Positions 58,394 to 64,000 of a DNA stretch of 64,000 nucleotides are shown piece after piece. A model generated the notes under the pieces. It made no database searches. It was not told the origin of the DNA and saw only the letters and a list, made by a program, of their open reading frames with translations. Positions within the stretch are counted from its first letter, which is position 1. Each line of letters opens with the position of its first letter. A program made the translations under genes and the position numbers. Source of the stretch: a virus; IMG/VR virus record IMGVR_UViG_3300025626_002025; one strand, 5' to 3'.

Positions 58394-59140
58394 TTATTTT
58401 ATAAATTCTGTTGGTACTTTTTCCACAAAGTATGTATTTTTTGAATTATCATATATAATTCCTTGATTATTTACTGTATTAAAGTCATAGTTAAATATTA
58501 CTTTATTATATTCATCGATTTTGTTTAAGTTATTGATATCAGTTTTATATATTTTTTTAATTGTTTCTATATCTGTAATATCTTCTACAAAGAGTAAATT
58601 ATCTATATCTACTGAACCATGGTAACGATGCTCAGGTACTTCAGTACCAGGATTACCAGTTCCTAGATACAATCCTTCTGTTCTATAATCATCTATTAGA
58701 TTTTTATCGAAATCAATTTCACCTACTTTTTCAAAGTTTTTATAAATTATAAACTCATCATTTTTTCTAACTATGGTAATTACAATACCATTTGAAATTT
58801 CATCATAATTTACTCCATGAAATGGTAGATAATGAAACTCATCATCTGCAACTTTAGTTGTTGCTTCCGTCCAAAATTCTAAAGCTAATGTATCCGCTTC
58901 ATGATTATATGTTAAACCAAAGTTTTTACCAGGTTTCCCAAATATACAAAATATATTATCAGATTCTAAATCTTTATCTAATTTAAATTCAATATTAATC
59001 GAGTATTCTAATTGATGAAACAAATTAGATATTTTTTCAGATTCACTTTTATTAAACTCAGTAACGTACTGATGGTCTTTATGTTCATTTAAATCCCATT
59101 CATATTTAATCCAATATGGTTCTTTATAATTTATTATCAT
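58394..59140 (-). CDS. LamG/concanavalin-A-like beta-sandwich protein
   Basis: IFGKPG..FGL and LYLG...G.ID..., resembling the inserts of the adjacent GT7 genes. Confidence 0.5.
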   Translation of the reverse strand: MIINYKEPYWIKYEWDLNEHKDHQYVTEFNKSESEKISNLFHQLEYSINIEFKLDKDLESDNIFCIFGKPGKNFGLTYNHEADTLALEFWTEATTKVADDEFHYLPFHGVNYDEISNGIVITIVRKNDEFIIYKNFEKVGEIDFDKNLIDDYRTEGLYLGTGNPGTEVPEHRYHGSVDIDNLLFVEDITDIETIKKIYKTDINNLNKIDEYNKVIFNYDFNTVNNQGIIYDNSKNTYFVEKVPTEFIK

Positions 59141-60555
59141 TTTATATCATTTATAAATTCACTCATTTCAGGATAAGTTTCTTCACAATCCAATCCTCTT
59201 CTTTGTTTATAATCTTTAATGTAATGTTTAAATTTCTTTTTACCCAATGAGAAGTCAACATCAGATTTCGCATCTTCCAAAAACATATCCTTTATTCTTG
59301 TTATTTTTTCAATTTCTTTTAATGTGAATCCACTATCAGTTGGTTCTTGTAATTGATATGAATTTAAACTTCTATATGATGAGAAAAACTTCATATATTT
59401 TTCTAATTTTTCAAAATACGAAATATCTAAATATCCTTTTAATAATCTAAAACTTAAAAAGTCAGGATATCTTAAATAAGATGTATCTATTATTAGTGGA
59501 GAATTCCAATATCGTTTTGTATTAAAATGTTTAACTTTAAAATCATATATTTTTCTTAAAAGTTTTTCATAACTAAATGGTGAAAATATATTAAAGGTAG
59601 ACATTACAACAATTGTTAATTCAGGTATCTCCGTAAGTATTTTATCTATATTATCAAATAGTTGATTAAAGTTTAATCCAAATCTAATATATTCGGCTTG
59701 GTCTCCAAATGCATCTACTGACGTGTATAATATAAATTCTTTTACTCGTTTCTCCTTAATTATTAATTTAGCTTTTTCTATGAACTTATCTATTAGTTTA
59801 TCTTCTACACAAAGATTACTATTTATAGAAAGTTTTAAATTCTTATTAGGAGTATCTGTTTCTATAATTTCATCCAATACCTTAAATGTATCTTTAGAAA
59901 GTAAAGGTTCTCCTCCTGTTATTCTAAATGTATCCATACTTTTATAAAGTTCTGGCCACCATTTCCAAAAAGCTTCTATGTAAGGATTGTGTTCTGATTT
60001 TTTATAGGGAATCATATCTTCATTCTCTAATGTTTTCAATGAATTAAATCCATCTCCTGTTGAAAACTCTCCATGTTTTCTCATCTCCTCTACCCATTTA
60101 GAAGAATAAGATGGTCCACAATACCCACATTTAAAATTACAAGTATTAGAAAAAGATACCTCTACATACTTTGGTAAAAAATTATCCCTCCATTGAGAAT
60201 CTTTTATTTGTTCAAAAAATGGTTTTGACCAAGATTCCTCTGATTTAAAAATTCTATCTGAGTATGAATTTGAATTATCTTCTACTTTCCAACAATAACC
60301 ACATTCCTTTGGTCGTTTGTTTTCCAACATTTCTTTTCTAGCTTTCTTCTTTTGAGAACTATTATGTAATGCAGTATGGTCTTTTTGTATTTCTCTTAAT
60401 GAAATTTTGTGAGGTGCAGGATGATGACAAGAGTGAGTAGTTCCATCATGTAAATGCATTGTAACTTGTGTCCATTTAGCTAAACAAAACCCACATCCAA
60501 CAGAATCTAACTTCTGTTTCATTTGTTCAAAGTTGTTACCTATAACTTTACTCAT
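59137..60555 (-). CDS. Radical SAM protein with N-terminal twitch/SPASM-like Cys cluster
   Basis: FCLAKW, HSCHHP, ECGYCW, CNFKCGYC and ITGGEP motifs; paralogue of 56928..58385. Confidence 0.9.
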   Translation of the reverse strand: MSKVIGNNFEQMKQKLDSVGCGFCLAKWTQVTMHLHDGTTHSCHHPAPHKISLREIQKDHTALHNSSQKKKARKEMLENKRPKECGYCWKVEDNSNSYSDRIFKSEESWSKPFFEQIKDSQWRDNFLPKYVEVSFSNTCNFKCGYCGPSYSSKWVEEMRKHGEFSTGDGFNSLKTLENEDMIPYKKSEHNPYIEAFWKWWPELYKSMDTFRITGGEPLLSKDTFKVLDEIIETDTPNKNLKLSINSNLCVEDKLIDKFIEKAKLIIKEKRVKEFILYTSVDAFGDQAEYIRFGLNFNQLFDNIDKILTEIPELTIVVMSTFNIFSPFSYEKLLRKIYDFKVKHFNTKRYWNSPLIIDTSYLRYPDFLSFRLLKGYLDISYFEKLEKYMKFFSSYRSLNSYQLQEPTDSGFTLKEIEKITRIKDMFLEDAKSDVDFSLGKKKFKHYIKDYKQRRGLDCEETYPEMSEFINDIK

Positions 60556-62000
60556 AATTTTATGTTTATAAATTTAGCATTTGGTGTTATTTCTTCAACA
60601 CTTACTAATTCATATTTTAATGAATTCATTCCATCTGATTTGTAATCCCATGTACCTTGTTGCATTTGATGGACAAATCTTTTTTCATTTGCAGCAGTTG
60701 TTTCACCCTTAGCCCAAACTTCCTTACCATCACTATTTTTGACCAATCCCTCATCCTTATGTGGTAAACAATACATTTTACCAGGTACTCTATGTGGTAC
60801 GGTTGTGTATGGTATTTTTACAACATCTTTTTTGAATGTACAATTATGTACAATTGCATTGTTATCATTGTTAGTTTTATCCATCATTAACCCATCTTTA
60901 CAATCGTAATGTAGGATTAAACCATCATCTTCAACTTCGTTATGAATATTAGATACCTCATCCTTAGTTAACGCTCTGTTCCACATTCTCACATCTGCAA
61001 TATCACCTCTAAACCATTTTGATGGTTCTGTATCTGCAACTGATGTAGTTGTTCCAAGATAATAACTTGTATTACCATATCGTTTTAACATTCCCTCAAA
61101 TGATTGTGGTGAAGGTGTTCCTGTTCCCCATCTTGCATCAGATTCCTTTCCATTCATATAAAAATGAATATCATTTCCATCAACTACTAAGGTAATCCAA
61201 GACCATCTATCTTCATAGTTTTTCATCCATTGATAGATGTGTTCTCTTTGGTTGTTCCAAAGAGTTGCGGTATATGTTCTTGAGTTATTGTAACTAAATC
61301 CATAGTCATATCCTGGTCTACGAAGAATTGGATATTCACAAAATCTCCTATCCATATCACCAACTAACCAAATTGGAACTTTTTCTTCTTGTTGATGTGC
61401 TCTTACTAATACTGAAATAGTATGTGAACGAGATGTTAAATTTCGTAATTGTCTAGTACATGGTATTTCTGCATAAGATTTATATCCATCAAATGAAATA
61501 AAATCTTGTGGAGTTTTATCGAAATCCATATATTCATAATTAGCATATCCCTCTAAAACACATCTCCAAAACAAATCATCATCTTCCATTCCCCAATCCC
61601 AATAATCATTTGAATAACCATTGGTTCTTTCAACTTGTTCTTTAGAAAATAAAATTGCACCTCCAAAATACTCTTCATATTTTAGTTCATAGTTCATTTG
61701 TGAGATTTGAGTTGCAATATGTCTAGGTTTATCTTTTGGAAAAGAATAATCAGCACCTCCATCTTCTTCAGGAATCATATCAATATCATGATATACAACA
61801 TAATCACATCCTTCTTTGAACGCCCACTCAGCAGCGATGTTTTTAGTTGCTCCTCTGTTGAACAACTTATCATCTACTTGATGACCAAAATAAATTTGAT
61901 AATCAATTCCCCTATCCTTAAGGTATTTACCAATCTTTGGTATAAATTCTTTTAGATGTGATTCTCTGTTTCTATATGGTACACAAACTCCTAACTTCAT
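60552..62000 (-). CDS. GT7 (beta-1,4-galactosyltransferase-like) glycosyltransferase with inserted LamG domain
   Basis: VPYRNRESHL, FNRG, HDID, YFGG and NGYSNDYWDWGMEDDD motifs; LamG insert; terminal DGMNSLKY. Confidence 0.85.
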   Translation of the reverse strand: MKLGVCVPYRNRESHLKEFIPKIGKYLKDRGIDYQIYFGHQVDDKLFNRGATKNIAAEWAFKEGCDYVVYHDIDMIPEEDGGADYSFPKDKPRHIATQISQMNYELKYEEYFGGAILFSKEQVERTNGYSNDYWDWGMEDDDLFWRCVLEGYANYEYMDFDKTPQDFISFDGYKSYAEIPCTRQLRNLTSRSHTISVLVRAHQQEEKVPIWLVGDMDRRFCEYPILRRPGYDYGFSYNNSRTYTATLWNNQREHIYQWMKNYEDRWSWITLVVDGNDIHFYMNGKESDARWGTGTPSPQSFEGMLKRYGNTSYYLGTTTSVADTEPSKWFRGDIADVRMWNRALTKDEVSNIHNEVEDDGLILHYDCKDGLMMDKTNNDNNAIVHNCTFKKDVVKIPYTTVPHRVPGKMYCLPHKDEGLVKNSDGKEVWAKGETTAANEKRFVHQMQQGTWDYKSDGMNSLKYELVSVEEITPNAKFINIKL

Positions 62001-62410
62001 AGTGTATCCGCTATTAACTTTTTAAACTTAGTTGTACTCCAACCATGGTCTCTATTTAAATAATGAACTGGTACATCTAATTCGAAACCTGTGTATGTTT
62101 TACCACGATAATCATCTCCTAAAAATCTGATATCTGGATTTAATCTGTATATTAAATCTACCAATTCTTTTTCGTAAGTATAATACGCAATTCCATTTAT
62201 AAATTTTATTGAGGTTAAAATTTCTGTTCTTTCTTGTTTAGTAAGAATTGGTTTTAGTTTCTCTGGTCTTTCTATTGATGGGTCTATGTGTAAAAGAATT
62301 ATAAGTTGTTTACAATAAGTTTTACACTCTTTAAACATCTTAATATAACCTGGATGTATTACATCGAAGTTACCGGCAATCACTCCCATATTATATTTAT
62401 TATCCATCAT
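61997..62410 (-). CDS. Cytidylyl/adenylyltransferase (TagD/RfaE domain II-like)
   Basis: AGNFDVIHPGY, KP...ER, GDDY and R.HGWSTT motifs. Confidence 0.85.
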   Translation of the reverse strand: MMDNKYNMGVIAGNFDVIHPGYIKMFKECKTYCKQLIILLHIDPSIERPEKLKPILTKQERTEILTSIKFINGIAYYTYEKELVDLIYRLNPDIRFLGDDYRGKTYTGFELDVPVHYLNRDHGWSTTKFKKLIADTL

Positions 62411-63861
62411 AACTCTATTGATATTTTACTTATTATTCCGTTTTCTTCTTTTTTTACTTCTTTAAATCTAAGTGTATTGATTCCATCAATTCTAAAATCA
62501 TCTATGTTAGTTCTAACTTGATTATAATATTTTAATTGATTTTTTCTTGTTTCGTTATGTACCCACTTATTTCCAATAGAAGAATTGCTTTTATGTTTTA
62601 ATGACTTAAAACGAGATTCTCTACGATGTGGTTTTGGTAGAAAAGTTTTAAAGGATTCACTAGACTTATATAAATATATATTGTTTAAATAAACATCATA
62701 TTTTCCACCCAAATCGATTGATGTAGTTGATGTTGATATTTCTGGTAATATTTGTGTATGTAAAAATTCACTTGATTTAAAGTTTCCAAAATTTCTAAGT
62801 TTTGGTTTAGTTGGGTTTTGTGATATCTCAAAAACTTCATCATCATTAAGAGCAATATCATATATCTCGATACTCGATATTAATCCATAAAAGAAATCTT
62901 TATTTGATGGCTTACCATTTCCAATACCAATAAAAATTTCATCAGATGATAATTGTAATATTTCATTATTCATTTTTTCTGTACCAACAAGTTTACCATT
63001 CATGTATAATTTTATTGTATCTGAATTTTCATATACCATGGTTAGATGAACCCATCTCTCACCAACAACATCGGTTGAAACCGAATATGGTTTTTTATCC
63101 AAATCATATGATTGGCAGAAAAATCTTCTAAATGAATTATAAAATAAACCCGTATTGTAACCAGGTATTGATAGTATAGGAAATTCATCATATTCTTTAT
63201 TTTCACTCAAAGGTATATCTTCTGGCTTTACCATAACAGAAATAGTAAACTCATCTTCAAGTAAATGTAATTTTTTAGTAGAAAAACACTTTATAAAAGA
63301 ATTCGTCCCATTAAACTTAAATGATTCTATTTCTTTAATAGTTTCATTACCGAAAGATTCAGTATCAATTTCTAAATCTGATTCGATGCATCTAATTAAT
63401 AAATCATCATCTTCGAATCCCCATCCCCAATAATCATTTGAGAATCCATTAATAGTTTTGAAATCTTCTTTTGTAAACATTGTTACTCCACCGAAGTAAT
63501 CAAAGAATGTAGTTTCGTAATCGTGTTCTTGTAGGTGTGTTGCTAAATGAAGTGGTTTATCTGAATAAGAATAATCCACATCTTCAGGTAACATATCGAC
63601 ATCATGAAATACAAAATAATCGCACCCCTTATCCAAGGCATACTTATATCCTGCATTCAGAAGTTTACCTCTGTTAAAAGGTTTATCATCTGATTGTTCA
63701 ATGATGAAGATTTCGTAATCAATATCCTTAATATAATCTTTCATATGAGATAAGAACCTTTTCAGTTGTTGTTCTCTATCTCTATATGGAACTATTATAC
63801 CAAGTTTATGATTTACTTTCTTCTCCTTGAGTTTCTGTGTTCTCTTGGATTCTCTCAGCAT
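62407..63861 (-). CDS. GT7 glycosyltransferase with inserted LamG domain
   Basis: IVPYRDRE, FNRGKLLNAG, HDVD and NGFSNDYWGWGFEDDD motifs; LamG (WVHL...LYMNG); terminal DGINTLRF. Confidence 0.88.
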   Translation of the reverse strand: MLRESKRTQKLKEKKVNHKLGIIVPYRDREQQLKRFLSHMKDYIKDIDYEIFIIEQSDDKPFNRGKLLNAGYKYALDKGCDYFVFHDVDMLPEDVDYSYSDKPLHLATHLQEHDYETTFFDYFGGVTMFTKEDFKTINGFSNDYWGWGFEDDDLLIRCIESDLEIDTESFGNETIKEIESFKFNGTNSFIKCFSTKKLHLLEDEFTISVMVKPEDIPLSENKEYDEFPILSIPGYNTGLFYNSFRRFFCQSYDLDKKPYSVSTDVVGERWVHLTMVYENSDTIKLYMNGKLVGTEKMNNEILQLSSDEIFIGIGNGKPSNKDFFYGLISSIEIYDIALNDDEVFEISQNPTKPKLRNFGNFKSSEFLHTQILPEISTSTTSIDLGGKYDVYLNNIYLYKSSESFKTFLPKPHRRESRFKSLKHKSNSSIGNKWVHNETRKNQLKYYNQVRTNIDDFRIDGINTLRFKEVKKEENGIISKISIEL

Positions 63862-64000
63862 CTCTTGATGGTCTATTTGATGTTCCTACTGTTTTTGATT
63901 TTGCAATTTGATAAAATTCGTTTAGATACCATTCAAATCTTTCTTGCCACATATCTGCATCCAAGTCATATATCCAATCGTTAATTTCACCAATTGATTT
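63806..64000 (-). CDS. 3' end of an unidentified CDS (partial)
   Basis: Open frame ...KSIGEINDWIYDLDADMWQERFEWYL...EESKS* entering from beyond the window. Confidence 0.55.
   Translation of the reverse strand, partial: KSIGEINDWIYDLDADMWQERFEWYLNEFYQIAKSKTVGTSNRPSRDAERIQENTETQGEESKS

Noticed and set aside
18401-62676. Intragenic TATTTATA copies (e.g. 18401, ~27736, ~30556, 48295, 62669) as promoters
   Set aside because: About this many are expected by chance at this AT content; some may be real but cannot be supported.
757-63984. All plus-strand ORFs in the track (e.g. 1315..1770, 9070..9513, 23912..24235, 31916..32332)
   Set aside because: They are antisense shadows of long minus-strand genes with biased codons, with no recognisable motifs or ribosome-binding context.
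1-64000. Stop-codon reassignment
   Set aside because: Genes are full length and tightly packed under code 11; TAA, TAG and TGA all serve as stops.

Overview
AT-rich (~30% GC) segment of a large T4-like (jumbo-type) tailed phage. All real genes lie on the minus strand, in genetic code 11. There are three blocks. (1) 1-17.9 kb: giant, mosaic Ser/Thr/Gly-rich fibre and adhesin genes, including a >1990-codon ORF missed by the ORF track, a fibre with a C-terminal S74 chaperone, and a cadherin-repeat protein. (2) 17.9-43 kb: T4-like neck and head genes (gp15, gp14, gp13, gp23 capsid, scaffold, gp21 protease, gp20 portal, gp17 terminase) interleaved with a phage ribosomal protein bS21 and a set of probable capsid-internal proteins. 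These share an N-terminal MIKLxxLxNE-type leader and internal (L/V/I)-N-E motifs at domain borders. The largest is a 1980-aa polyprotein with an HxGH nucleotidyltransferase, a CCA-adding-type NTase, an HD hydrolase and an RNA-ligase-like domain. (3) 43-64 kb: a glycan-biosynthesis island (modified-heptose-like pathway, ThDP E1 alpha/beta, GT7-LamG, four GT10-like paralogues, two radical SAM enzymes). Two candidate undescribed systems stand out. One is a prohead-protease-processed, virion-packaged cargo polyprotein system that appears to include a tRNA-repair kit. The other is a possible translational switch: by manual count about 25 of 30 late genes carry Shine-Dalgarno motifs versus 0 of 23 island genes, next to a phage bS21. 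All functional calls come from motif recognition only; no searches were run.
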